53,659 nt of DNA from Oligoflexales bacterium (GTDB lineage Bacteria; Bdellovibrionota_B; Oligoflexia; Oligoflexales; CAIYRB01), in NCBI GenBank assembly GCA_041736175.1, contig JBGSUI010000254.1, positions 1-53,659 of the forward strand. Direction: 5' to 3'. The position numbers were made by a program, and so were the translations under genes. Below, one piece after another: positions 17,681-28,329 of the stretch (its first letter is position 1; each line of letters opens with the position of its first letter). The notes under the pieces are model-generated. The model did no database searches, was not told where the DNA came from, and saw only the letters and a list, made by a program, of their open reading frames with translations.

Positions 17681-18994
17681 CTAGTCTTTATCATCTTGCC
17701 TAGCAAGCTTACACCCGGAGTCTTTTGCGTCAACCTGACCATCGTGGTCGTTATCCACACCATCGTAGCAGGAGTTGATCGAATAGAGGCTTTCAGCTCG
17801 AGCGTCGTAGGTAACCCGTTCTAAGGTCGTCCATAAGGATTCAAAATAAGCCGCCATCTGCCTCGCAAGCCGGTCGTTGTTGCGAATAACGAGGGTGTTC
17901 TCGTCATTTTTTCGGTTCCCTGCTTCGGTCCAATTCATGGAGCCCATAATCACATGTTTGTGGTCGGCAATAGCAGATTTCATATGCATTTTACCCCCCC
18001 AATTTTCAACCCGCACCTGGACCCCTAAATTCCTTAACTCCTTCACTTTGGAGGATGGATGGGCTGCTGCAACCGCATCCGAAATCATCCGCACTCGAAC
18101 TCCCCGCTCCACAGCAAGTCCCAAGGCTTCGACGACTGCTTGGTGAGTTAGATAAAACATTCCAATATCGATGGTTTTTTGGGCCTGCTCAATAAAGGGC
18201 AAAACACCGCTTTCGATAGCTTGGCCTTTTGGTGAGAAATAGACCGAAACTTCGGTTCCATCACCATAGCGGATCGTTGGCTCAGTCTCTACTTCTTCTT
18301 TGAAAATACTAAAATGCAAGCCCTCAAACATCTGGGCGAATTCTCGGTTATAGATCGCCGCAAGCTCTGGTGAGTCAATCAGCATCGATGCATTCGCATT
18401 GTACTCCGACCCCAAGCAGGTATGGGTCACATTGGTGCTGCCTGTCCACAGCCATCGGTAATCGGCCGTCAAAAATTTGTTATGCATAATCGTACCCGCT
18501 CGCACTTGACCATCTTGTCCCTGGTCAGGCACGACGCGACGGGCGGTCAGGATTTCTTTTAGAAGAACCGTATCTTTGTAGGTAAAGTTCTCCGGCTTCC
18601 ATTCCCCAACGATTCCACGATCCTGATCGACTACGGCCTGGAGCCGTACTTTTCTTTGTTTCAAATCTTTCAAATGGCTTAGAAACCAGGATTCCTTTTG
18701 CACGCCATAGATAGCCATATTGAGCGACTGGGTTGCGTACTGAAGAATCTTTTTGACTCCCTGACTCGCTAGACCCTCCCCATCCTGGACGATTCCAACC
18801 CGCTGCTTAAGTGCCCATGGCAAGACGTTCGTTGTATAGAGGGTGAATGAAAACGGCGCCTTCGAAGCGGATAATTCTCTGGCCGCAGCAAACAGGTTTG
18901 AGGATCCCAACATCCACGTACAATAACCCACTGCAAATCCGATAAGCTTGATCAAAGAGCCCTCCGGTTGATTTCTTAGACAAAAATCTCTCAA
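17681..18994 (-). CDS. Phospholipase D/nuclease family protein with two HKD motifs
   Basis: MHNKFLTAD..TGSTN and MHMKSAIAD..GSMNW; start uncertain. Confidence 0.88.
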   Translation of the reverse strand: MRDFCLRNQPEGSLIKLIGFAVGYCTWMLGSSNLFAAARELSASKAPFSFTLYTTNVLPWALKQRVGIVQDGEGLASQGVKKILQYATQSLNMAIYGVQKESWFLSHLKDLKQRKVRLQAVVDQDRGIVGEWKPENFTYKDTVLLKEILTARRVVPDQGQDGQVRAGTIMHNKFLTADYRWLWTGSTNVTHTCLGSEYNANASMLIDSPELAAIYNREFAQMFEGLHFSIFKEEVETEPTIRYGDGTEVSVYFSPKGQAIESGVLPFIEQAQKTIDIGMFYLTHQAVVEALGLAVERGVRVRMISDAVAAAHPSSKVKELRNLGVQVRVENWGGKMHMKSAIADHKHVIMGSMNWTEAGNRKNDENTLVIRNNDRLARQMAAYFESLWTTLERVTYDARAESLYSINSCYDGVDNDHDGQVDAKDSGCKLARQDDKD

Positions 18995-19000
18995 TCATTT

Positions 19001-21199
19001 TTGGTGGCTAACAAAGAAAGGACGACAAAGCCCTCATCATCTGCGACTTCTGGCTACTGGTGGAGAATAGAGCAGATCCTTATTCGTTTCTTAAGATACA
19101 AAGACTCTGCGTTGCTGTCATGTAAAATGAATATTAAGGTTTTGCAAATCAAAGTTCATCCAGAGTGCGATCAGCCTCAACTTTTACGAGAAACCATCTT
19201 GGTGCATGACTACAAAACCCTCCCCTTAGCTTGGTACCTTTGGCTTATCTTTGCAGTTCATCGTGGTTTGGCATGGAGTGTCTTGCACAATGATTCCCTT
19301 TTAGGCAACAAAATTTGGACCTTAGAAACCTCTCAATATCTCCTGGTGGGTCTACTCAGTGATTTATGGGTTTCCATCCTTTTCTCGCTCTTTGGATTCC
19401 TGGTGGCTGTCTCTGGAAATTTAATTTTTATCAAAATTTTTTTTGGTAGAATCAATATAACAAGACTCCATCCTGGGAGTCCCGGGTATTGGCGATGGAC
19501 GGAAACCACCATTCTGTTGGCGGTCGGGATTGCGACCGCCTGCCACCAAAGTTATGCCCAATTCTTTAGGTTTCAGCTGGTACCTTTTCATCTGAGCTAC
19601 CTGGCCGATCTTAACTTTCTGGAAGCCAACGCAACCTCACTGGCGGGATGGGAGAGCCTCGTCCTGTTAGGATTCACTTTGGTGGCCTGCGGCTTACTCA
19701 ATATTGAGTTTATAAAGCCCACTAAAAATCCCTGGCTTACCTATGGGTCGCTCTCGTTTTTAGTTGCAATTGGCCTTATCGCCCACAATCGAAACATTCA
19801 TTATCGAGTTCAGTGGTTCGTTCCTAGTTCGTTACAGATGAACTATCTGGAAAAACTCTACGCACTCTATCACCAAAAAACCACCCCTGATGCCCTCACT
19901 GAGGCGGAATGGTCCCTGTTAAAGACTGCCCTTAAAAAGTCCGCCTTGGGCGACATACATGAGCCTCAAAACCTTATAAATCTCCTCAGCCCCGAAGCGC
20001 CGAGGCCCGAAGATCTCGAACCTATCTATTTTCGTCTTAAGGAAAATATCACGCTCCAACGGCAATCCGGGAAAAAGCCCTTAATTTTGGTGTTTATCCT
20101 AGAATCATTGCGGCCATCCGAAACCGGGTACTTTAAGCCAGACAGTCCCTCCCTTACTCCCTCAATCGATGCCCTTGCCTCTAAGGGAATTATATTTAAG
20201 AACGCCTATGCGACCGGGTCTGTTACCAGAGGGGGACAGGAATCGACTCTTTGTGGTTTACCATCACAGCGAGATTTCTCGATGATGCGAGGCGGTATTC
20301 TCTTAGACTACCCATATTGTCTCTACAAGCTTGTCGCCGAGACAGCCGAGACCTTTTGGTACCATGGTGGCGAGGCCCGCTTTGACAACCAGTATTCCTT
20401 TTGGAAATCACAAGGTGCTAAGGACCTAATGAGCTCCCTTGATTTTCCAGAAAACAGTCCACGCACAAGTTGGGGAATCGGCGATATCACCTTTCTAAAA
20501 AAGGTGGTGGAAAATCTCGCCTTAAAACATGCGGCTACATCAAAAGAAATTCTATTAGGATCTATATTGACTGTTACCAATCACATCCCTTGGGATATCC
20601 CTAACGATATCGATCCTAATATTCTTATGAAACTCCCGGCAGAACTCACCCATCCAAGCTACCGTACCACCGCTTATACGGACGAAGCCATACGGCAGTT
20701 TACCGATGGACTTAAACAAAGGAATCTTTGGGACCAAAGCCTTATTATTTTTGTGAGTGATCATGGGGCTCCGCTCCCTCCGCTCAACCAGATCTATAAC
20801 GATGCCCAGTCCCGCGATCTCCAATTATATTCACACATAAACCTATTTTTGTCAGGTGGAATCTCAGAACATGCGATCTCTCACAGCGACCAAAAACCCC
20901 TCACCATTGATCGATTTGTCAGCCAAGCCAGCATCGCCCCTTTTGTTGCGAGCTTACTCGAAATCTCACCCCAGCCAGCCATGATGGCTGACCATCTATT
21001 TTTGAAGCATCAAACTCATCCGATTTTATCGGTCGTCGAAAACACACTTTTTGATCCTAGGTCGAGACAATCATGGCCAGTCTCTACTGCTATGCAAAGG
21101 CCACAGGAAATGTCGTCTCTTGCCGAAGACTTCAGGCTACTTTATTTTAGGGCACTTCTCCAAACCTTTAGCTCGGTCTCTCTCAAAAAATCAAACTAA
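19001..21199 (+). CDS. LtaS/sulfatase-superfamily membrane protein
   Basis: Several N-terminal TM helices; LESL, SVTRGG, TVTNHIPW, SDHG; true start likely near 19200. Confidence 0.82.
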   Translation: MVANKERTTKPSSSATSGYWWRIEQILIRFLRYKDSALLSCKMNIKVLQIKVHPECDQPQLLRETILVHDYKTLPLAWYLWLIFAVHRGLAWSVLHNDSLLGNKIWTLETSQYLLVGLLSDLWVSILFSLFGFLVAVSGNLIFIKIFFGRINITRLHPGSPGYWRWTETTILLAVGIATACHQSYAQFFRFQLVPFHLSYLADLNFLEANATSLAGWESLVLLGFTLVACGLLNIEFIKPTKNPWLTYGSLSFLVAIGLIAHNRNIHYRVQWFVPSSLQMNYLEKLYALYHQKTTPDALTEAEWSLLKTALKKSALGDIHEPQNLINLLSPEAPRPEDLEPIYFRLKENITLQRQSGKKPLILVFILESLRPSETGYFKPDSPSLTPSIDALASKGIIFKNAYATGSVTRGGQESTLCGLPSQRDFSMMRGGILLDYPYCLYKLVAETAETFWYHGGEARFDNQYSFWKSQGAKDLMSSLDFPENSPRTSWGIGDITFLKKVVENLALKHAATSKEILLGSILTVTNHIPWDIPNDIDPNILMKLPAELTHPSYRTTAYTDEAIRQFTDGLKQRNLWDQSLIIFVSDHGAPLPPLNQIYNDAQSRDLQLYSHINLFLSGGISEHAISHSDQKPLTIDRFVSQASIAPFVASLLEISPQPAMMADHLFLKHQTHPILSVVENTLFDPRSRQSWPVSTAMQRPQEMSSLAEDFRLLYFRALLQTFSSVSLKKSN

Positions 21200-23303
21200 T
21201 TTTCTTAGTTTCTCCGTGGGACTTAAGGATTTTATTCACCAATTCACGCTGGCTCACCGAGGCCACCTCAGGGTCTTTTTTATCGACTGTGCGCGATGCA
21301 TAAAGATAAGACTCGATTTCAAGTGTCAATCTTGCAAGCAAGGCACCATCAAATCCAAGACCCAGCAGCCTTTCATGGAAAGACCTAATTGTTTCACCAA
21401 AATCCTTTTGAATACCGATTTTCCTTAGTTTGCGTAAAAATAACTCATATTCATCAGGGTACACTTTAATGGTTGCCCCTGACTTGTTGTGTCTCACGAC
21501 CAAAAAATAAATAAGCAATATCAAGATAACCACTAATCCGGGCGCAGAATTTGACTTTAAAAGGGTAAGAAAGTCCTCGAAACTAAGATTGTCTTTGGTT
21601 ACGATTTCACTAAAGTTTTTTAAAATCTCTCTTTGAACATTGCCGTCGTAGTCGGCAACATACCGCTTTAACAAAAAATCAGCCGCACTTATATAAAGTT
21701 TCCAAGTGGAAAAAAAGCCTTCTCCTCCTCCCCCATCGTTGGTGCTTGGCGTCGGGTCTAGAGGAATCCAACCATATTCGGGATGCCAGTACTCGGTCCA
21801 AGCATGGGCATCGTCGGTCCTAACTTCCAGCATCTCCAGCAAGCTATTAAAAGTCCCTCCCCTAAATCCCAGGACGACTCTCGATGGAACCCCCCAAGCT
21901 CGTAACATCATGGCCGCAGAGGTCGCAAAAAACTCACAATGGCCTTTTTTAGTTTCGACTGCGAACTCTCTAAGAGCATCACCCGGAGTAAATTTGTTTT
22001 CCAAAGTTACCTGGTACTTATCCTTAAAGTACTCCGAGATCGCTTGAGTCAAATTAAAAAGAGTTTGCTCTGAATCAATGCTGATTTCCCGTACCCACGC
22101 CGAAAACCAACTCGATTGACTCAAGACTTGTGGAATTGATAAAAAAGCCTCTAAACCAACCACCGATACCTCCTGTTTCAAGTCGGTCAGCGCTATATCA
22201 TTTAATTTTGGCTCACTAGTCCGTTCACCGAACGAAATCGTGAAGGAATTTCGTCCACTGTTGGCTCGTAACAAACTCAATTCTCCGGTTACAGAATTAA
22301 ACACCTCTCTGTCTTGTGAGTTAGAAAACCACACCCCTAAATAGGTCCCTGGATAAAAGATGGTCTTTACTTCGGATCCCATCTTATGGATTGTCACCAA
22401 TCGATTAGTCAAATTTTTTAGAGATGATCTTTTTACAAGTCCAGCGAGCGGTAATGGTTCCATCAGGTCGACCCAAGTGGATCCATTAAATCCCGACAAA
22501 GATTTACCCCTAAAAAGCTGTTCAGCACCTCCCGTCCTGAGCCATCTAGTGTCGTTGGATTCTACATACATTACAATTTCACTGTTTTTCTTAAGTTCTC
22601 CACCCCCCATTAGGTTAATCTCGCCGCTGTATCCCACTCGCTGAGCACCTTGAAGCCCAAAGTTAAAAGGAAAATTGTGCATTCTTGGAAATGCAAAAAA
22701 AATAATAAGAGAAACCAGTGCACCTCCTGGCAAGGCCAACAAGAGATTGCTGCCATATCCTCGCCAAAGATATTTAAGTTTTCCATCCTCATGGGTTGAT
22801 CCAAGAAAAATATAGCCACTGTAGAGACAGTACATCAATGAGATAAGTAAAATAGGAAAAATGAGTGTAGATATTTGGCTATTGCTCAAAATAGAACCTA
22901 TGATATTCATGATTCCAAGGATTAAAACCACAATCCAAAAATTAGATTTTATTGAGATCTTTAAGACAAAAATTGGACCAAAAATCACCAGAATCCAGAA
23001 AACTGAAAATATTATGTTTTCGAAGCTTGTCTTTTTCGAAAAAAAAGCCAAAACAATTCCGATCACTCCAAACCCGCAAAGGGCCTTAAAAAGGCTCGCA
23101 TACCTAACTAAGTCATCGCGATAGTAAAGAAAAACATTGTATAAGATGCCTATTATTATGATATTGAGCTTGTTAGTAATCATTGAATGGGAGATAGCTA
23201 GGCAGGTAAGGCTTATAAAAACCATCGTCGATAAGTCAAAAAACCTACGATAAGAAATCCTTGTTTGTAAGGATTGATGTGTCAAGAAAATCCTTTGATC
23301 CAT
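21183..23303 (-). CDS. TgpA-like membrane transglutaminase-domain protein
   Basis: GHCEFFA, LRAWGVPSRVVLGF, AHAWTE, WIPLDPT; polytopic N-terminus. Confidence 0.9.
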   Translation of the reverse strand: MDQRIFLTHQSLQTRISYRRFFDLSTMVFISLTCLAISHSMITNKLNIIIIGILYNVFLYYRDDLVRYASLFKALCGFGVIGIVLAFFSKKTSFENIIFSVFWILVIFGPIFVLKISIKSNFWIVVLILGIMNIIGSILSNSQISTLIFPILLISLMYCLYSGYIFLGSTHEDGKLKYLWRGYGSNLLLALPGGALVSLIIFFAFPRMHNFPFNFGLQGAQRVGYSGEINLMGGGELKKNSEIVMYVESNDTRWLRTGGAEQLFRGKSLSGFNGSTWVDLMEPLPLAGLVKRSSLKNLTNRLVTIHKMGSEVKTIFYPGTYLGVWFSNSQDREVFNSVTGELSLLRANSGRNSFTISFGERTSEPKLNDIALTDLKQEVSVVGLEAFLSIPQVLSQSSWFSAWVREISIDSEQTLFNLTQAISEYFKDKYQVTLENKFTPGDALREFAVETKKGHCEFFATSAAMMLRAWGVPSRVVLGFRGGTFNSLLEMLEVRTDDAHAWTEYWHPEYGWIPLDPTPSTNDGGGGEGFFSTWKLYISAADFLLKRYVADYDGNVQREILKNFSEIVTKDNLSFEDFLTLLKSNSAPGLVVILILLIYFLVVRHNKSGATIKVYPDEYELFLRKLRKIGIQKDFGETIRSFHERLLGLGFDGALLARLTLEIESYLYASRTVDKKDPEVASVSQRELVNKILKSHGETKKISLIF

Positions 23304-24334
23304 TTAAAAGTCCTTGGACTAACAAACTCAATAACCTGTACTGGTTTAATCTTAGGAGGTTCCCATTCAAGTGGCCAATAGGAACCTTTTTGTATGTTTT
23401 TAAACTTAGGCATTTTGGCAAGTAGCTCTAATTGTTTTATGGGATTGTCAGTTCTCTTATCATTACCGATGTTGACCACAACTTTTCGATAGTGTTTCTC
23501 TAGATAATAGATCATGGTCCTTATAGCAGCCAAATAGTGCTCATATTCTGCCTCTAGTTCACACGATTCTGCTATCAACCAGGGGGCGAGTATTTCGATT
23601 GTTTCCACCTGATTTTCGTCCTTAAAAACCTTTACCACCCATTGAGATGTAGGTTTTTGCACATTTTTCTTCCAATCGAGATTTTTTTTGTCAAAACTTG
23701 TGTTTGGTTTATGACCAAAAAAGTCTAAGCCACCGTGTATCAGTTTAGAATCTAGATCTTTAGATTTTTCTAGGGATTCTAAAAATTCCTTGTCTAAACC
23801 TGGGGCAACCACGAGCCTCAATGATTCCTGACTGAACCTATATTTTTCTAGGATTCCAAATGGCGCTTGGGTTTGCTGTAGGATGATGAAATTTTCGTAG
23901 ACCCCACGTTTTAAACCGAAACCTACTAATTTAAGCGATTTTGAAGTTTTTGCGGGTAAATCAATGAATGACTTTGCAAGACAAGACTCGTTGGGACGAC
24001 TTAAGAGACGGTACTTGGGATAGTCTGTCATGATTATTTGTTCGAGACCATAAAAACTAATATTACTCTTGTTTTCAACCTGGAGATTGATTTCAAAAGA
24101 TGTATCAGCGTTCACAATCCCCTTTGTCGAACATCGGACTTGACAGGATTTCAAAGCCTGTTCTGACAAAATACCTGAAACTACAAAGATCCCTAAACAA
24201 GAACATAAAATAAGGTAAAAGGCATTAAATCCTGTCACCACAGCGAGCATCCCAATAAGCAGCACTAAGCCAAAAAAATAAAGACCTGGCTTGGTAAAGG
24301 CGAGTCCTCTGTTTATGCTTTTATAATACATCAA
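23282..24334 (-). CDS. DUF58 domain protein
   Basis: Two N-terminal TM helices, RGVY..PFG, DF.G....DWK; position between moxR and tgpA. Confidence 0.8.
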   Translation of the reverse strand: MMYYKSINRGLAFTKPGLYFFGLVLLIGMLAVVTGFNAFYLILCSCLGIFVVSGILSEQALKSCQVRCSTKGIVNADTSFEINLQVENKSNISFYGLEQIIMTDYPKYRLLSRPNESCLAKSFIDLPAKTSKSLKLVGFGLKRGVYENFIILQQTQAPFGILEKYRFSQESLRLVVAPGLDKEFLESLEKSKDLDSKLIHGGLDFFGHKPNTSFDKKNLDWKKNVQKPTSQWVVKVFKDENQVETIEILAPWLIAESCELEAEYEHYLAAIRTMIYYLEKHYRKVVVNIGNDKRTDNPIKQLELLAKMPKFKNIQKGSYWPLEWEPPKIKPVQVIEFVSPRTFKWIKGFS

Positions 24335-25287
24335 ACAACCGGAACTGTTTTTATAAGAAGGTCAACAATAGACTCAGCCTTGTCCTCTCCAACGGTCGAA
24401 ATCCGGTGAGAAAGACAATTTTTAGCCAGCAGTTGGAGGTCGTCTGGAATCACAAATTCTCGGTTTTTGAGGAGCGCTATGGCTTTGGCCATTCTGATCC
24501 AAGTCACGCCACCACGAGTAGATACACCTAATGATAGTTTGGGATGAAACCTCGATGCATCAATGACTCTCTTAACATACCGCGCAATATTTTCGGAAAC
24601 ATGTATGCTGTCAACCTTTGACCATAAAGTTTTGATCGATTGGGTTGATATGATGTTCTCGGGAATATGCCGGAGGGGATCACCCAAGGACTCCTTAAAG
24701 ATGCTGAGTTCATGGTCACCTTCGGGGTATCCAAAATGAATCTTTGCCGCAAACCGGTCTAACTGTGATTCCGGCAAGGGAAACGTACCGTAGTTTTCCT
24801 CAGGATTTTGCGATGCGAAGACCATAAATGGCCGTGGTAGTAAGTAGCTTTTCCTATCGATACTAACCTGACCCTCTCCCATAGCCTCCAGCAACGCGGA
24901 CTGGGTCCGCGGCGATGCTCGATTGAGTTCGTCGACAAATACTATTTCCGAAAAAACCGGTCCCTTATGGAATACAAACTCATGAATCCTTGAGTCAAAT
25001 ACCTCGACCCCGATCATATCGGCAGGTAAAAGATCACTGGTACACTGGATTCTGGACACCTGTAGGCCAGTGAGCTTTGCAAAAGCTCTGATAAAGGTGC
25101 TTTTGCCGACACCTGGTACATCCTCAATCAGGAGGTGACCTCCAGACAACAAAGAGGCGATACTGATATCGATCAACGAACTTTTTCCAATAGCTATTTT
25201 ATCCAATTGGTTACGAAATTCTTGAAGTTCAGACTGTTCCTTATCAAGTCCTAATAAGGCTGATTTTATATTTTTGACGCCTAACAT
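24331..25287 (-). CDS. MoxR-family AAA+ ATPase
   Basis: EDVPGVGKS, RIQCTSDLLPAD, DELNRASPRTQSALLEAM, LPESQLDRF. Confidence 0.95.
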   Translation of the reverse strand: MLGVKNIKSALLGLDKEQSELQEFRNQLDKIAIGKSSLIDISIASLLSGGHLLIEDVPGVGKSTFIRAFAKLTGLQVSRIQCTSDLLPADMIGVEVFDSRIHEFVFHKGPVFSEIVFVDELNRASPRTQSALLEAMGEGQVSIDRKSYLLPRPFMVFASQNPEENYGTFPLPESQLDRFAAKIHFGYPEGDHELSIFKESLGDPLRHIPENIISTQSIKTLWSKVDSIHVSENIARYVKRVIDASRFHPKLSLGVSTRGGVTWIRMAKAIALLKNREFVIPDDLQLLAKNCLSHRISTVGEDKAESIVDLLIKTVPVV

Positions 25288-25299
25288 TCAAAACTTCCC

Positions 25300-27618
25300 T
25301 TAAACTGCGATCCGATGCGGGACCTTTGCGCTCTTATCTAGAAATTTGACGACTAAAAAACAGACATCATCTTCTATTTTTTCACTTTGGGTATAGTATT
25401 GGAAAAGTGAGAGTATTTCATCTCTCACTACATGGGGATCCTCGTTTAGATCTAGTTGCCTCAATTTTCGTTGCAGGATTTTTGTAAAAACAGTCGATTT
25501 TATCTTTTTAGAACCTGACAAACCATCCGTATAGATAAAAACAATATCATCCTCTTCTAAATCATAGCTAGTATTTTCGAAATCCTTTTGATCTCCCTCT
25601 AAAGCCCTTATCCCAATAAGTGGGCTCTGATTCTTGCTTAAATAAATCACCTGATTCTCGGCTAAATCTTTGGTGAGTTTTTGGGGTTTACGAACCATCA
25701 TAGGAAAAGTATGACCGGCATTGTATACCTTTAATTTTTTAGCCTGATAGTCTACCTGTGCCGCAAGAAAACTCATAGTTAACTCATTCTTTGCTAGGAT
25801 TCTTTTGATCACTCGATCCAAAAGTTTTGCAATAAAACTAGGAGATAACTCTAACATTTCGTCCGCTTTTGCCAGAGCCACCAGCATATCCATAGACCCC
25901 TTAACAGCCGATGCGACTAAACCCTGTGTCAATCCGCTACCTGAAACGTCTCCCATAAAAAAGTTCAAAAATCTGCCACCCCCTGATTCGAAGACATAAA
26001 ACCAGTCTCCCCCAAGGCGGGTTGAGGGTTGAAAATGGTACGCTATATCTAGGTCCCCATGCTTGAGACTTTGCTGATCTAGGACGGTTTCCTGAACCAT
26101 CTTTGCTAACTCTAATTCTGCGGTAATCATCGTCTCTTTTTTAACCCTTTCGTGCTTAGAAAGGGTTGTCTCAACGAGAGAAATAAGCCCATGCATGATC
26201 GATAGGTCAAAATCAGAGGGAGTCTTATCAAAATATACTTTGACGATTCCGAAGATTCCGTCTGTCGATTTGATTCTAAAATCGTAGGTTCGAGTCTCCT
26301 GAATTTCTTTTAAAAGAAGGTCAACTTCATCTTTTTTAAGTTTGTTAAGCTTTAACTGATGCCACGACCAAGCATGGATCCCAATAAATACTTCAGAGTT
26401 TTCGAACTGTCTCAACTCACCATATTTTTCTGGAACAAAAAGGACGTGAACAGCGTCTGTTTGTGTAGCTATCAATTCAACTGATTTTGCTAGAAGCAGG
26501 TCAACAGTATCAGAAGTGAATAAATCCATAAACGCTTTTTGCATCACCCTTGTTCGGATTCGTTGTTCTTCATGCAATTCATTTGAATCAATAATACTAT
26601 TCAGAAGCTGTCTCAATTCCAAAATAATAGAGCTTTTTATCTTGAGAATTTCTATGGGTACTTTGTTATTCAGGTTCTCTTCCAGAACCAGCAAGGGATC
26701 TAGGATTTTAGCTCCAGAAAACTTAATTGCTAAAAGCAATAGAATCATCGTTAAAACCAATGAAAATAAATAAACGAAAACATCTCTTACTGAGTTTAAT
26801 TCTCCTGCGGAAATGCTCGGCACGACCCCGAGCTTTATCGGAACTTGGTGACTTGGCGATGCCGTGAAATAGTCGGGGATGGCCACTTGGTACCTGTTGT
26901 CATTTAAATAATTTTTGATATCAGAGATCATTTTTCTGTATTCGTGAACTCTCGAATCATTCGAGGCGAACTCTTTGTTGTCTGAGCCACAATCAAATGA
27001 CTTTATCTTTCCGTGATTTGGAAAAAAAACGATATTGATCTCTGGAAATTTCTGTATAATAGCCGCACATTTTTCATTTAATGATTTTAGACTAGAAACT
27101 CCTACTAACATCAAACCGCCTTGGGCAGGTTCAGCTGGTTTAAAATTAAACAATTCAAGGGTATTATTCTCATCATCTACTCGTATTTCCAGCTTTTTTT
27201 CTACATAAAGTGGCTCAATCTGAATATTTTGCTTTCTGTTTTCTTTACTCTGACTCCACAGAATATGACCTTCAGGAGTAAGAAGATGAATGCTCTCAAA
27301 TTGGCGTTGTCTCTCAAAAATCGATGCTAATGTTTCATAGTTTGGTTTATTTTTTAAATCTAATAGAGCAATTTTTTCACCGATAGTGCTCAGTAATTCC
27401 TCCTGCGCTTCGACCTCTCGATCTAGGTCAGCCGTCAGAGAATCTAAAAATATTTGATTTCTTGCTATTATTTTTTTAGAGTCGTTGAGATCCGAGATCG
27501 AAAAATCATAAATAACTGCCGCTAGTCCAGGAATAAGAACGCACGGCAACAGTGTCATAGTCAAAAAAGCAAAAAGAGATACCGAATTTTTTGCAACTTC
27601 TGGTTCTTTTTTTTTCAT
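25300..27618 (-). CDS. Membrane sensor with SpoIIE/PP2C phosphatase domain
   Basis: Two TM helices around a periplasmic domain; GGDWF, GDVSG, NAGH, YTDGL, EDDV. Confidence 0.88.
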   Translation of the reverse strand: MKKKEPEVAKNSVSLFAFLTMTLLPCVLIPGLAAVIYDFSISDLNDSKKIIARNQIFLDSLTADLDREVEAQEELLSTIGEKIALLDLKNKPNYETLASIFERQRQFESIHLLTPEGHILWSQSKENRKQNIQIEPLYVEKKLEIRVDDENNTLELFNFKPAEPAQGGLMLVGVSSLKSLNEKCAAIIQKFPEINIVFFPNHGKIKSFDCGSDNKEFASNDSRVHEYRKMISDIKNYLNDNRYQVAIPDYFTASPSHQVPIKLGVVPSISAGELNSVRDVFVYLFSLVLTMILLLLAIKFSGAKILDPLLVLEENLNNKVPIEILKIKSSIILELRQLLNSIIDSNELHEEQRIRTRVMQKAFMDLFTSDTVDLLLAKSVELIATQTDAVHVLFVPEKYGELRQFENSEVFIGIHAWSWHQLKLNKLKKDEVDLLLKEIQETRTYDFRIKSTDGIFGIVKVYFDKTPSDFDLSIMHGLISLVETTLSKHERVKKETMITAELELAKMVQETVLDQQSLKHGDLDIAYHFQPSTRLGGDWFYVFESGGGRFLNFFMGDVSGSGLTQGLVASAVKGSMDMLVALAKADEMLELSPSFIAKLLDRVIKRILAKNELTMSFLAAQVDYQAKKLKVYNAGHTFPMMVRKPQKLTKDLAENQVIYLSKNQSPLIGIRALEGDQKDFENTSYDLEEDDIVFIYTDGLSGSKKIKSTVFTKILQRKLRQLDLNEDPHVVRDEILSLFQYYTQSEKIEDDVCFLVVKFLDKSAKVPHRIAV

Positions 27619-27629
27619 TGAATTCAGAC

Positions 27630-28301
27630 CTAAATTGCTGCTTTTTTGACGGGGGCATCTTCAGGGAAAAAAGCGTAATGCACCTTTCTTTCCTCTTGCA
27701 TTGTATAAATACGAAGTGAAAAGGAACGCAGATCCTCTGCAAATTTTTGGACCTCAGCCTGGTTGCAACGGATTTCAAAATCATGAAGTAGATATGTCAG
27801 ATTTGTTTGCATTGCTTGGAGGCTCATCATCGTATGTTCAATCCTTTGGGAGATCACATCATCTCGCGACAACTGTCCCATCATCGAAAATAGGATTTCT
27901 TGGACCTCCCCATCTAACGTAGCCAAAGACTCCATATGCTTCGAAAAAACACCCGTCGACCGTCTTAGCTTTTGTCTTAGGACCTCCTCGGACGGAGCAT
28001 CGTCCTGATTTTGTTGGGTCGCGTTGGTTTTCGAATTATTAAACACGCGATCAACTTCGGACTGGGCGTCGTCGATAGCTGCTTGGACCTCGGAGTCTGG
28101 CTCCGTATAGGTTTTTTCAAGGACTGCGTTAGCTTCATCTTTCTTTTTCTGAGTCCTTTGGCTCAGAAGATTGATATCTCGCATCACCCCATCAACGGTC
28201 TCACGCATGGTCTTGTGAATCCCTTCGAGCTGTTTCTCTTGGAGATCAATAAACAGCCGGATAAACGAGACAAGCAAGCGGCTAGCCTGGCGATCGATCA
28301 T
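27630..28301 (-). CDS. Helical chemotaxis-associated protein, possible CheZ-like phosphatase
   Basis: QLSRDDVISQRIEH (DxxxQ), C-terminal YTMQEERKVH; next to cheY. Confidence 0.55.
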   Translation of the reverse strand: MIDRQASRLLVSFIRLFIDLQEKQLEGIHKTMRETVDGVMRDINLLSQRTQKKKDEANAVLEKTYTEPDSEVQAAIDDAQSEVDRVFNNSKTNATQQNQDDAPSEEVLRQKLRRSTGVFSKHMESLATLDGEVQEILFSMMGQLSRDDVISQRIEHTMMSLQAMQTNLTYLLHDFEIRCNQAEVQKFAEDLRSFSLRIYTMQEERKVHYAFFPEDAPVKKAAI

Positions 28302-28329
28302 ATTAACTCCATTGTTTGTCTTAAAAAAT

